Below, in pieces: positions 12,001-26,868 of a stretch of DNA of 45,937 nt; the stretch's first letter is position 1, and each line of letters opens with the position of its first letter. Below the pieces are notes generated by a model. That model did not search any database. It was not told the origin of the DNA and saw only the letters and a program-made list of their open reading frames with translations. The stretch is taken from contig NIVC01004437.1 of the NCBI GenBank assembly GCA_002269645.1, forward strand, positions 1-45,937, written 5' to 3'. Origin of the DNA: Macrostomum lignano. Taxonomy: Eukaryota. The position numbers and the translations under genes are program-made.

Positions 12001-15000
12001 CTCATATCCAATTCCATGCGGTTTTTCAGTTTTGTTTAGCTCTTATTGTCTAACATATGACTGTCATGTGACGTTTGCACATTATTGACTTAGTATTGAA
12101 AAATGGATAATATGCACTTAATAATTGTATTACTGATCTGTAGCTTGTGTACTCTAGAGTTAATGTAGTCTTTTGAAAATGAGTTCACCAAAAAGACACA
12201 CTCTTGGAGCTCTAGACACGGACAGTTAAAGCACTCGGACGCTATATTGGATTTTCCTAGAAATGAGCTAGGAATCCGGTAAGGAATTTCATATTTGTAG
12301 TTGCATTTATTATGCTCTAGAGCATGGCTCGGAAAACTTTTTTACCTCAAGGGTCAAGATAGAGAACCCAGCGCATAACTGCTGGCCAGAGGAGGGAAGA
12401 AAGGATATGGAATAGAGAGGAGAGATAGGAGAAAGGAGAGATGAGGAAATAAAAGAGAAGAAAGCAGAAGAGAAATGAAATATGATAGGAGAAAAGGAGA
12501 AAAGGCAGAGAGAAGGAGAAAGAGGAGAGGAAAGGAGAGGAAAGGAGAGGAGAGGAGAGGAGAGGAGAGAGGAGAGGAGAGGAGAGAAAAGGAGAGGATA
12601 GGAGAGGAGAGGAGAAGAGAGGAGAGAAGAGGAGAGGAGAGGAGAGGAGAGGAGAGGAGAGAAAAGGAGAGGATAGGAGAGGAGAGGAGAGAGGAGAGGA
12701 GAGGAGAGGAGAGGAGAGGAAAGGAGAGGAGAGAGGAGTGGAGAGGAGAGGAGAGGAGAGGAAAGAGGAGAGGAGAGGAGAGGAGTGGAGAGGAGAGAGG
12801 AGAGGAGAGGAGAGAGGAGAGGAGAAGAGAGAGGAGAGGAGAAGAGAGAAGAGACACAAACCTTGAGCGGGCCGGATTGCTATTGTGAAGTTTAAAAGGA
12901 CCCGAGGGCCGGATAGAGAGGCTCTGCAGGCCGCATGTAGCCAGGGTGCCGGAGTTTGCCGACCGCTGCTCTAGAGAAATTGGATTTGTCTATGGCAAAA
13001 CCTTACCAGCAGTCTGTTCATTTCTAAGAAATGCGAATTTCGCGTCCCTGTGTGCATCAACTGTCCATGGTTCTATCTGTCAGTCAAATAATTCAGTTTT
13101 GTTAGCTAAATTGAAAGCAGTCAGAATTGGTGGTAAAATATATTCAGAACACTTTAGCTTCTGCGTATATTGCGGACTTCCTGCAAAGATACCCCCTTTT
13201 GAAATTAACTTTTAACCATATAAGTAACATATTTTTTCTCTAGCAAAATTTTTTTTTTGACGAAAAAATACGGATCTTGGCTGCCTTTCCTCCCGCTTTA
13301 ATTTACGAAATTTATGAAACGGTAAATTTATTGATAGCTTAATTGTTCCAACGCGCTGTCCACGTGTCCGTGCCAGCAGTAGCTTGTATTATTTTCTATG
13401 TAATTTCCTACCTAAATCTTTGGTTTATATATAAATTTTTATTATTGGGTATCTCTTCAAATCTAATTAATCAGACGCCATGCGATTAACCACTTTTTAC
13501 AGATTTGTACAAGAATCCAGGTAAATTAAACGATTACCCTCCCAAAGAATCAATCTTAGAAGGTGCCGTTTTTTAGAGAGCATGGTGATAGATCAGTCCA
13601 TGATCATTTCACAACCGTGACTGACTAACACTATTACAGCAAAACTAAATTTAGTTTTATTATTTTTTTGATTCTCCGGTCACAAAATTTATCGATTCTT
13701 TTTCTGTACGCGCAAGCCTTTTCAATTTTAAAGCTGGTAAACTATGTAAACTGATTTATTTTTATGAATTGCCAATATGTAAAATATGGCTTTGCCTCAG
13801 TTGTGATAACATAATCTAGACTGCTGCTTAAGCCTGTAACTGTTGGCTGCTTCAAGTTTAGCTTGAGTCTATCTTGAGTACCGATATACATTAAGAGCTA
13901 CTTCAAAACTATATGGCAAATCAAATTAAACTTCATCTTGATCGCTAAATCAGTTTTGTACTCGCGAATTTTGCACCCTCGCAACTAAGCTATCAGTGAT
14001 TATTGTCTTATTGTGCTTAGCTACAAGTTTATAGTACTTTAGCCCGCGCTTTCCTATGTTATAGCGATTGTACCCACCTGTAGCCATACTTTTGATGTGC
14101 AGTGCATGTTGTCGTCTATATTTACCGACTAACTACTAAAAAGTATAGACTGAAAATGATGGTTTACGAAACTCTTAAGGAATCATTTTTCCACATCGCA
14201 TCGGATAAACGTTTTGATCAATATTCCAATATTGATTTGATTTGAATCTCGGCTTGGCTCTGCTCGTGCAATTAACACCCTTTAAGGCCAACCGCCAAGG
14301 CACAGTGAAGTGTACATGCCTAACGATAATATAAAGTTAGGGCTGCTGTACACTCCTGTGTGAGTGTGTGCCTGTGCGTATGACTGCGTACGTATCCGCG
14401 CGCTTGTGTGCCTGCTCAGGGGAGTCGGTGAAATGGGCAGCAATGCCTCTCGCCGGTTGTGTGACAATGTCGCTTAAAGTGCACACAGACCCCTGCAATT
14501 TTAACTAATCAAACCAAGCAGGGTGAACTCTTCCTTTGTAATTCGACGGGTGGAAATGGCTTGGTATTCCCACCGTTAATGGTTTTATAGGTAGGATTAT
14601 GATCGATTCTATTTAAGTAAATGATGTCGTTCGAGCTTGATATATCATTCACCAAGGATCCAATTCAGAACAGAAGAAATTTTGAAGCTATAAACTATTG
14701 ATACTTAGGTAGAAAGACACAAAAGATGGACTTCTTAAAGTCTTTTTCGATTCGTACGAATTGCAATTTTGAAATAACCGTTTTTTTGTTGAAATCGACC
14801 ACACACAGATATTTCGAAAACATTTTTATCATTTAAATTTAGTGGTGACCATCTGGAATGGTTTTAATATTTCACCGAATATTTTTTTCAATTTACCTTC
14901 GCACGCATCCATTATCATCTTCTCATCAAGAGCGAATTTCGCTAATTCAAGTTCGCCCAACTCAAACGCTCGACAGGTGAAATTGACTTTGTGGAATACC

Positions 15001-15122
15001 TGACCTACATTCCCGTGTTCCTCAAGCTGCACCAGTTCCTGCTGAAGAAGCCGATGCTGGTCGAAGATTTGGAAAAGGCTCGTCGGCTAATTAAGAAATC
15101 AATTCGCGGCAAACGGAAGTGA
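43..15122 (+). CDS. Multi-exon gene (5'-partial): long acidic/Pro-rich low-complexity N-terminal region followed by four EF-hand Ca2+-binding motifs
   Basis: Phase-compatible GT-AG exons: 43-50, 817-868, 1244-1313, 1784-2497, 8036-8289, 10130-10227, 10332-10349, 10785-10952, 11221-11376, 11647-11797, 14977-15122 (TGA). EF loops: DINKDGRIAMEE, DLNGDRTVDVRE, DQSKNGKLGLEE, and DRDHSG|EIDFVE, which is only formed across the last intron. Exon 1784-2497 is 1 nt short of phase; the acidic frame switches near 2230-2234. Confidence 0.8.
203..520. repeat. Degenerate tandem repeat, ~107-bp unit, ~3 copies (intronic)
   Basis: Block cagtcaatg...gaggttggtgtggaactgaggcat.aacttctaaccgttat recurs at ~203, ~310 and, degraded, at ~419. 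Confidence 0.7.
1450..1680. repeat. Degenerate (CCTAAA/CCCTAA)n telomere-like simple repeat, intronic
   Basis: Repeated aacctaaacc / aaccctaaac / taacctaa units; interstitial and heavily degenerate. Confidence 0.6.
2660..2935. repeat. G-rich ~43-bp minisatellite with a GC-box-like GGGCGTGG in each unit
   Basis: Unit approx. gttaggccggagagaagggcgtggggtggttggctcagtagag, ~6 copies; five exact GGGCGTGG plus one variant. Confidence 0.75.
2983..3192 (+). repeat. 5' LTR of gypsy element
   Basis: TGTAGGG...CTTACA, 210 bp, identical to 7795-8004. Confidence 0.97.
3194..3204 (+). promoter_or_regulatory. Primer binding site TGGTGGCAGCG (tRNA-Leu type)
   Basis: Lies 1 nt after the LTR-terminal CA; complementary to the ...CGCUGCCA-CCA 3' end of animal tRNA-Leu. 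Confidence 0.8.
3227..4048 (+). CDS. gag: Gag polyprotein, 273 aa, with two CCHC zinc knuckles
   Basis: MAQNTLLPPKFSG...; knuckles CFNCGQLGHRAAQC and CHKCSGRGHKASVC; first ATG 22 nt after the PBS. Confidence 0.92.
   Translation: MAQNTLLPPKFSGTDGTDVRKWLRIFEEFANDAKWDDATSASKVKLLLTGEAQLVVWDLAETRQKSFKSIKEDLTKFYGGEADSFKAMSDFYAEKRGDAETLRELCFNLKLLHQKARPEDSIAQRDRDVRFKLLQLLKADIRDNLLKADDAETCSLETLLQRAARLEELAGRQSVAAVAAVSATSSAKPSEDRLDRLEKRMEELIARVSVQSGTDTRRRRQQRGGGCFNCGQLGHRAAQCQQREKQPGPIICHKCSGRGHKASVCPSKAPGNF
4036..4084 (+). promoter_or_regulatory. -1 programmed ribosomal frameshift signal (slippery G GGA AAC plus stem-loop)
   Basis: XXXYYYZ heptamer at 4036-4042 in correct gag phase (CCG GGA AAC TTT TAA). 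After a 6-nt spacer, GGGTTGGTG (4049-4057) pairs with CACCAACCC (4076-4084) around an inner GGGT/ACCC hairpin. pol lies in the -1 frame. Confidence 0.85.
4043..7687 (+). CDS. pol: Pol polyprotein: aspartic protease, reverse transcriptase, RNase H, integrase with GPF tail; one 1-nt frameshift in the integrase C-terminus
   Basis: LLDTGA (PR); YIDD (RT); CDSS...ELLAI...TDH (RH); H-H-C-C plus LDIKGP/SDQG/VERFN (IN). The frame switches at ~7159-7161 into the 6821-7687 frame carrying WSGPF and the terminal RRSGRQRRRPDFY. Confidence 0.93.
7784..7794 (+). promoter_or_regulatory. Polypurine tract
   Basis: GGGGAGAGTGA immediately 5' of the 3' LTR. Confidence 0.8.
7795..8004 (+). repeat. 3' LTR of gypsy element
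   Basis: Identical to 2983-3192; followed by the ATAT TSD. Confidence 0.97.
8361..10084 (-). mobile_element. Non-autonomous LTR retroelement (TRIM/LARD-like, 1724 bp) with internal tandem array
   Basis: 309-bp direct repeats 8361-8669 and 9776-10084 with TG...CA ends and 2 substitutions. 5-bp TSD ATGAT (8356-8360 / 10085-10089). On the minus strand: PBS TGGCGCCCAA (9775-9766, tRNA-Lys type) and PPT GGGGGGAG (8676-8669 region). No gag/pol motifs seen. Confidence 0.92.
9020..9690. repeat. GC-rich compound tandem array (24/27-bp units, longer higher-order blocks, terminal 21-bp units) inside the non-autonomous LTR element
   Basis: Units (gat)gagcgaagagacgatccggcaggc and gcgatgaggccgacagacgaa; the block gagagagaccgaggacaccgcaggacgcacccccggcagac occurs 4 times. 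Confidence 0.9.
12323..12968 (-). mobile_element. hAT (Charlie-like) MITE with internal (GGAGA)n-type polypurine tract
   Basis: Imperfect TIRs CATGGCTCGGAAAAC / GTTTGCCGACCGCTG; perfect 8-bp TSD CTCTAGAG (12315-12322 / 12969-12976). Body matches 36087-36613 in the opposite orientation. Confidence 0.85.
14241..14496 (+). mobile_element. 5'-truncated copy of tRNA-derived SINE (same family as 42195-42552)
   Basis: About 250 bp matches the reverse complement of 42205-42465 (e.g. ctcggcttggctctgctcgtgcaattaac, ctgctcaggggagtcgg); tRNA head absent. Confidence 0.8.
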
Positions 15123-16754
15123 TCTTGCTTGGAAGTTGCTTGTTCAATGATTAATTCTTTATTTTAATTACCATGTCTATAAATCGACAACATTAGCCAC
15201 AAATATGTTACAATTATCTGTAGAGATTCTGCAATCCTTTCAAGCATTGGTTCGTGAAAGACAAGAGTATATTTGGTTTGCCAAAATACCTCTTGTAGAG
15301 TAAGTAGAACAGAAACGGTGGGAAACTTACAAATATAATTTTCACTTTAATAAGCATATTAAGTTTTTAATGAAGGTTTGATGTATTTAACATAAAAATA
15401 TCAATACGCAAGCAAAGTTAATAGCTAATATAACCCGAGGAGTTTTATTTTTTTAAATCGCAACTTTTATCAAAGCAGTAAAACAACTTTTCTTAACGTG
15501 TCTTGCTAAAATACAGAACAAATTACTCAAAAAAAATTTAGTAATCAACCTCATCTCCGAAACAAATTTAAAAATACGATAGCTAGCTGTTTAGATAATA
15601 TCGGAAAAACTAAACATTTCATACGCAAGCACCGCGTCACAGGTTCTTGCGCCGATTATGATTGTAATTTGATACAGGAGTTGAAGAGTCATTTTTATAA
15701 TATGTTAAATAACAACACATTTTTGGGGTTTCAAAATACGCTGTGACATCTTATATATGCTGCTTAATATACGGTGTATATTGATTTTTTTTATTTTGCT
15801 TCAATCTAGTGAGTAGCTTTATACACTCTCGTAAAAATTGACAACGGTTTCACAAGCTAAAAAATCTTTGTTTTAATTTTGTCTATATTGTTTAAATAAG
15901 CTTCGTCTTTGATTTAAATTTGCAAAGAAAATTGGATCGCGCTTTATGGCTCACTTTGGCTTCAAATGCACGCAGATATTATTCCTTCGTCTGTATCCAT
16001 TTCTGTTAATTTGCTTTGCTTGCAAGTCTGCTTTATAGCTTCGATGGCTCCTTCAGCTGTTTATTTTTACGTGTTCCACGTTTTTAACCAATGAATGAAC
16101 TAACAAAAGATTAATAAACACATTAGACAAGTGGTTCGTTGACTACTTTGATTAAAACGTGAAAACTAGCTAATGTGTATTTGGTTAGATTTTTCAGTTT
16201 TTCGTGTGTAGGTGGTTTTCTTCAAAAATGCAGCACTGGGGAACCTAAAAAGGATATATACTTTTTTGCAGTACCTATCTGACAGATCCTCTTATACGTT
16301 ACAGGCATATCTACAGAATGTCTCAGCAATCTAGATTTAGCTATGGCCATAACTGGGCAACTTGATCAAATACATGAGAGGGAGATGATGCCAGACCTCA
16401 AATACATGGGAGGAGGCAGATAACAGACCCATTGAATCTACACTCGAACATGTACATCAGAAAGTTAAGCCTGCTCCCCATTTGGGCCATAGACTATGGG
16501 ATTAATATATCGATGTCGCGTGATAAAATGTACACCACCGTTTAAAGTAAAAGCTGTGAAGCTTTAGAAGTGTTGATTAAGGAGTCCTTATTCTGTTTCT
16601 TTCTTCACGAGAGCCACTTTTAATGTCTATGGCCGAATAAAGCTTCAAATTAACTCACGTCGTAGTTAAACCATAAATGATTAGATTTTAGCGCCTATTT
16701 TTGATTAGGATTTGTTGCTTGATAGACAAACGCGGATCTACATATCACTTCGAA

Positions 16755-19700
16755 ATGAAGCCGTCATTGCTGACTACAGTTGCTAGCATATTAGCAACCA
16801 TAGTGCTAATGCTGATGCTGTCTAGGCCAGTAGAAGCTGCTTACAAAGAGGTCACTTTTGGCAAGTTCATGTTGTACGAGCAGCTGCGCATCTACCGGAC
16901 CAAGTACGGAGTCTCCGGGTATTATGACTCTACGAAAGACACTTTAGTTCTCAACAAGAGCCAAGAAAGCGATCTGCCGGCAGTGCCCAGTATTGACCTG
17001 GTGCAGGACTCAAATCGACTCTCGTCGAAGTTGGCTGTGAGCAACATCGATTTGCCACGGGTGGCCTATCAAATATTCAATGGACTCTGCCAAGGCGACA
17101 ATGGCACCTTTGCCTGGGGCGTGCGGAGCGGTCACGTGAGATCTATCTTTGTGCTATAGGAGTGTCTTGAAGGTGAAGGTTATGGCGATATGGTAGAGCA
17201 TGCAGTCTTTTTCCGGGTCAGTTGGTCCTAGAGAGTTTACATTCTCCCCCCCCCCCTGTTTAATAATTCTCCCCACCAAAAACCCAAATTCCAATTCCCG
17301 GCCTGTATCCGTTGTTGGTTCTAAGCTACATACATGTACATGGAGATAGATTAAAGCTACAGAAAAATATTTTCCAAACTTAAAATCAACACCATCAAAG
17401 ATCCCAACAACCACAGACTTATAATTCTACCAAGACGTCACTCTTTCACTGGACTAATCTCCAAGAAGTCCGGGTTTTTCAAGTGTCGCTTTATCTGTAG
17501 ACATAGTATGAACTGAATTGTCAATTAAAAAACTCTTCGCCCGCAGAGCTCGGTGCCTCGTTACATTAAAAACGGCTGGACAGTGAAGAACGTGCCGCAA
17601 GGCTACTTGGTGCCAATGTGCGTGTGCAACGGGCGGCCAGCAGTACACCGGGTTATAACGCGACTGGCCAACTTTGAGCCATTCGTTCCATTGCTGGACA
17701 AAGGATTTAGTCACCTATCAACGATAGTGATGGAGTCCTGCCGGGAGCATAGCAGAATAGAAGTCTATTGGCCGCCTGGTTGCATCGATTGCAAATTAGA
17801 GACGACAAGAACGTGCACCGTTGTATCTAAGAATAACGAATCCGCCAATGTGATGTGCAACTGCTATCACGGCTTCGATCCGGTGTCCAAGTGTTTTAAT
17901 ATTGCCGACAGGTGCACGGAACGAGTGACGCCGCACAGTGCAGAGACTGGGCGCGATCTTTGTCAGGTAATTGGCTAAATTAGCCAGAGATCTAGGAAAA
18001 GATCAAAATGAAGTTACGGTTGCGTTCGGACACGAAACACTCGCTTTCTTAGGAAGTTTTTTTGAAGGTCCCATATCACTAAACCATGCATTAGATAGAG
18101 AGATAGAAAATCTACATTTTTAGGCACTGAATGGACGAATTTTTTACCTCATGGATCAAGCTCTAAACAAACGCATACCAATTTTATATGCATTTGAAAG
18201 CCCAAAATGTGAGATTATTGACAATTGAGTGCTAAGTTTCTATCTCGTTCCAAGTGCCCGTTTAAATGAAATTTAGGCCTTCTAATGAATTGTCCATGGT
18301 ACTCAAGTGTTACATCCGAATACAAGCGTAACTTCCAGTGTTCCGAGGATCTACTTTTTAGGTCTTAGATCTCAGGATAAGTACTTAACAGAAGCATGGC
18401 TAAATAAAGCTCAAAAGACTAAGCCTAACGTAACCTAGGTAGTTTGCCGTACAAGCTCTTCAGAACGACTTGCATGTTTCATTAGGTTAGAGTGCACCAG
18501 TGAATAATAGGTCAGACTTTTCCTGTATTTTTACGTGGTTATGTCTGTTGCATTTTTTTCCAATAAACGCTTTGTAAATAATGTATCAGATTGTTAGACT
18601 ACTAAGTCTCCTAATCTCAACTCAACAGGCCGACATTGGCAACAAGTGCACGACGGACGGAGACACCTACATGTGCACGTGCTTCATGCCCTACTTCGAA
18701 AACAAAACTGTGTCCAACTTCCCCAATTGTCGAGGCAGTCGCGGCAAAGGCAGAGGCGCCGCGGCAAAACTCGCGGCAAGAAAATGCCAGAGCAAAGTCT
18801 GCGGCAACGGCGTCTGCGTTGGCCGCGAGCGCGACGTCGAGTGCAAATGCGACGAAGGCTACGCCGGGCACGACTGCCGCGAGATATTTTCAACGCTGTC
18901 TGACTGGTCCGAGTGGAGCGACTGCTTCCCGGCCTGCGGCAACATCGGCGGCCAGTTTCGCCAGCGACCTTGCCAGTCTGCCGACTCACACGGCCGATTC
19001 TGCGAAGGATTCCGACGCCAGCACCGTCGCTGCCAACCAGCCCGGTGCTTCGAGAACGAATCGTTTCCAATTTTCGTGCGCAGCTTGCACGACCCGTTGC
19101 CGGCTAGTTTATACATTCGATCCGCTGCAGTCTTTATCGGAACATTCCTATTTGTCTACTGTCTCGGTTTGCTAATCGCGCTGGGCTTCAACTTTCAAGA
19201 CTGGAAGCTCGAGTCGGTCAACCAGGCCGGTAAGCTTGCCTACGCAGTCGATCAGGTCTGCGACGAGTTGATGATCCGGCACGCCGAGCTGGAGGCCCAT
19301 CGTCGGCAGGACAGGATTGAGAAACTCAAGCGTGGACGGAAAAAGGGGGGCAACGACGCTTCTTACGCCGACGATGCCGACAACGTCGAAGAAGAAAGCG
19401 ATGATGAGGATGATCTTCAAGGCGAAATTTTAGGGGAGAGCGAAGACTTTTTTCGTATGGGCGTCTTTGTTCCTCACCCAGTGGTCGATCACCTGACTGG
19501 CGTGAGCTCTCTACAGCGGCGCAGACTTAGGCAGGCGAAACTGTCAAAGACAGAGAAGAAAAAACCAACTGAGCAGGATGGCAAGAAGAGCCTGAGCGAG
19601 CCGCCACAGGTGGGCAAGATCGACTCTGACAGGCTGTTCGTCCCGCTGGCAAAGAAAACTACCGACGAAGAAGATCTCATTGAGGAGCCGCCAGAGGGCG

Positions 19701-19801
19701 AAGACGATAACGAGGGTGAAGACGATAACGAGGGCGAAGACGATAACGAGGGCGAAGACGATTACGAAGAAGAAGGCGAGGGCGAGGGCGACGCTGTTTA
19801 A
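16755..19801 (+). CDS. Type I membrane protein (~657 aa): signal peptide, unassigned Cys-containing N-terminal region, EGF-like repeats, one TSP1 domain, TM helix, very acidic cytoplasmic tail
   Basis: Exons 16755-17135, 17547-17966, 18629-19801, all phase 0. SP MKPSLLTTVASILATIVLMLMLSRPVEA; EGF CQSKVCGNGVCVG...CKCDEGYAGHDC; TSP1 WSEWSDC..ACG...RQRPC...C; TM AAVFIGTFLFVYCLGLLIALGF; tail with EGEDDN repeats. Confidence 0.88.
18010..18335. mobile_element. Possible old MITE (imperfect ~30-bp inverted repeats) in intron
   Basis: gaagttacggttgcgttcggacacgaaacact (18010-) resembles the reverse complement of agtgttacatccgaatacaagcgtaacttc (-18335). No TSD resolved. Confidence 0.4.
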
Positions 19802-20690
19802 GGCAAGCGTTTGTACGGCAAAAATTGATATTATTAGACTGATTGTCAAACAAATCTTTTCTTTGTTATTTGTAGTTGAAGTTGGTGTTGAATTAGTGTT
19901 AAAGTGAAATGGTTCAGTCACTGCATCGTTGTACGAATTTGTTTGGCATCAAGCTTATCCCATTTCCTATCCATTATGCAGTTCCAACCAGCATGCTCAG
20001 AAATCAGGAACTGTCTTACAACTATGGGCATGTGAGAAGCAGCTGCTGTTTTGCTTAACAGAATGCTTGACCCAAATAATTCGCATTCACTTTATGGTCA
20101 GGTCACGTGAAGGTCATTCTCTACAGCAGAAATCAACGGAGATCTCCCGCTAACTTTATGGGATGAGCTCCAGCTCGATATTTGCATATAAATACGAGTA
20201 CGAGTACTTCCATTGGGGGGAAGAAGGACGATGAGCGCCCCTAGAACGGAGGCTGCACAAAAGGAAAAAGGGGAAGAGGGGAACGACTTTGAGTAGCCAG
20301 GCAATGTGTACTTCTGTACTATCCCTCTCTAAATATATCCCTTCCTTGTCTCTCTCTCTCCTCTTGGAGCAAGAATGTACTCTGAAGAAGTGAATAGACT
20401 ACAAGGAAAGCAAATTTAAATATGAACCCCGCCTATGTTCTGGAGCACTGACTTTCTCTCTCCCGTTGGAATAAAATTTGCATGCCAGCAGGCAAAACAA
20501 CTGCGAGTAACTTCCTCTTACTCTTATAATTTCACTCCAAATTCGACAAGCGCCTTAGAAGAACTGCAATGCGCAGTTTTTCTTCGGCTACGGTTTGTTA
20601 AACGTAGTTTTTAAACAACTCTCGCTTACCTGTGAGTTGCTCGTAACCCGGCCATCTATAGGGCCTTGATTTATAACTGTATTTTAAATC

Positions 20691-25034
<4,344 letters not shown>

Positions 25035-26868
25035 CTGGCTGTTACGAAGTGCACAACTTGATGTTAAAGAATTCGAATTGAAACTTCAAGTACATGTACG
25101 CTCAAAGAGCTGCAGTTAAAACAACATTTTTTCAACTGTTTTGTTTTAAATACAACACATTGAAAAGATCCAAAAGACATGCGCCTTGATGGTTTGATGC
25201 ACAGTTTTCTTTTAAGTAAATTTGATTTAGTTCAATATTAACAAAAGGAACAAAACTACAATACTTAAAGCTCCGTATCTACTCGAATTTACATGCTTAG
25301 AGTTGTCCCATCGGTGTACACCTCATAGCTATGCTATTTTTCAACGTTCATTCAATTTTTTTACGAGTTCTGCTACTTTTCGTGCTTCTGGTTAATATGC
25401 TACATCATAGCTAACTCTAAAAAATGCTTATAGTAGAGAATTTTACCATTTTTTATTGTTACAAATGTCCGTGCGTTTCTTTTTGTCTACTCATGGTAGC
25501 AGCAATAAAATATTTTTCATAAAGTAATTTTCACTGTACTGTTGCTGAACGTAACGAATTATTAAAGTATAATTCTTGTTGTTTTATTGATCTAATGCAT
25601 TCATATTCTTTTTTTTGCATTAGTAGGGCACAATTTACAATAAAATTGTAATACTGTAGATCGATACATTTTCCAACTCGTAGATTTTCGTCTTTAAGAA
25701 TCCCATTTGGAGTGGGACCTCCTGCTGCCATTGGAAACCCTTCAGGCATACGAGTATCAAACTACCATGGGAGCCAAGGAGCAATCGTGCTCAATATGGA
25801 TTAATATTTACACGACGTCCATTCTTCTCCCGTGTGGTGTATCTACGCTCGTAATGCCACAAAATAAAGTACAATCTATACATGGCAATTTCTCAGCTTG
25901 CAGCCATGCGTAAGCCTGTAAATTCAAGCGGTAGTTTCAATCTCAATTACACCGTCAGCTGTGAATTCGATTTTTTTCCCAAAGAAGTAAGCTGCGAGAC
26001 CTGAGGCTCAAGGGTTAGACGCATACACACGTAAGCTGCACGCTTATATTATTCTCTCAAACAGCAGTGTGCTAGTGTACAGTTGAGCACAAAAGACGAT
26101 GAAGTTACAAGCGAGTTGCTATTGGTCAACTGCTTCAGCATGATATAAAACAGCACGTTCTCTCTTGTTTTACACGCAATAACTCCTTGAGTAAGCATTT
26201 CTTGTTCATTTTTTGAGTCAATAGTGTTGAAACTACTCCGTGAAATGTGCATCAAACTTTAGATCAGATTAATTTTTTTCGTTTAGTAGAGATAGCTAGC
26301 TATCAGTTTGTTATTTTATTCGTTCAGTCTTCCAAACCGAATGGATGGAATTAGCGTCTCCTAAAAAAGCCGTGGATAGCACAATCTATAGCAACTACTC
26401 TTAGATATCTTGAGGCCATCTATATAGTAGACAGACAGTTTTCGGTTTCGATATTTGCCCTTTTAATGCGCAGAGGGATGGAGGCAAGGGAGGAGAGAGG
26501 GCGTACCAATGCACGCGATGCTTAAAATAGCTAGTACGAAAGGCCTTCATCAGTAGTCTGTGCACATTGTGCAGCGTAATTGTACATTGGGGACCAAAGT
26601 GGGAAAGAGAAAAGAAGGAACGATTCCAGGCTCCAGCTTGACTGGGATGGCGGTGAGGCAGGAGAGGATAGATATTACATATTAGTCATGCCCAGACGCG
26701 AGTTCAGACCTCTAGACCTCTGTGGCAAACGTATTCTTTGACAATAAGCTGGAGAAAACAATCAGACGTTACTATATAGAGTTGTTTTTGCTCCAGCCTA
26801 GAGATTCAGTCTGGTTCTTTTCTAGTTTGATTTTTATTTTGCTCTCCCATCCTCATCCTCAGGAAGCA

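Noticed and set aside
12347-12888. Three overlapping ORFs rich in S/L/P or E/R/G
   Set aside because: Artefacts of the GA-rich tract inside a MITE bounded by TIRs and an 8-bp TSD.
25500-26260. Short minus-strand ORFs possibly from a decayed transposase or an extra gene
   Set aside because: Multiple stops in every frame, no recognisable motif and no consistent splice chain.
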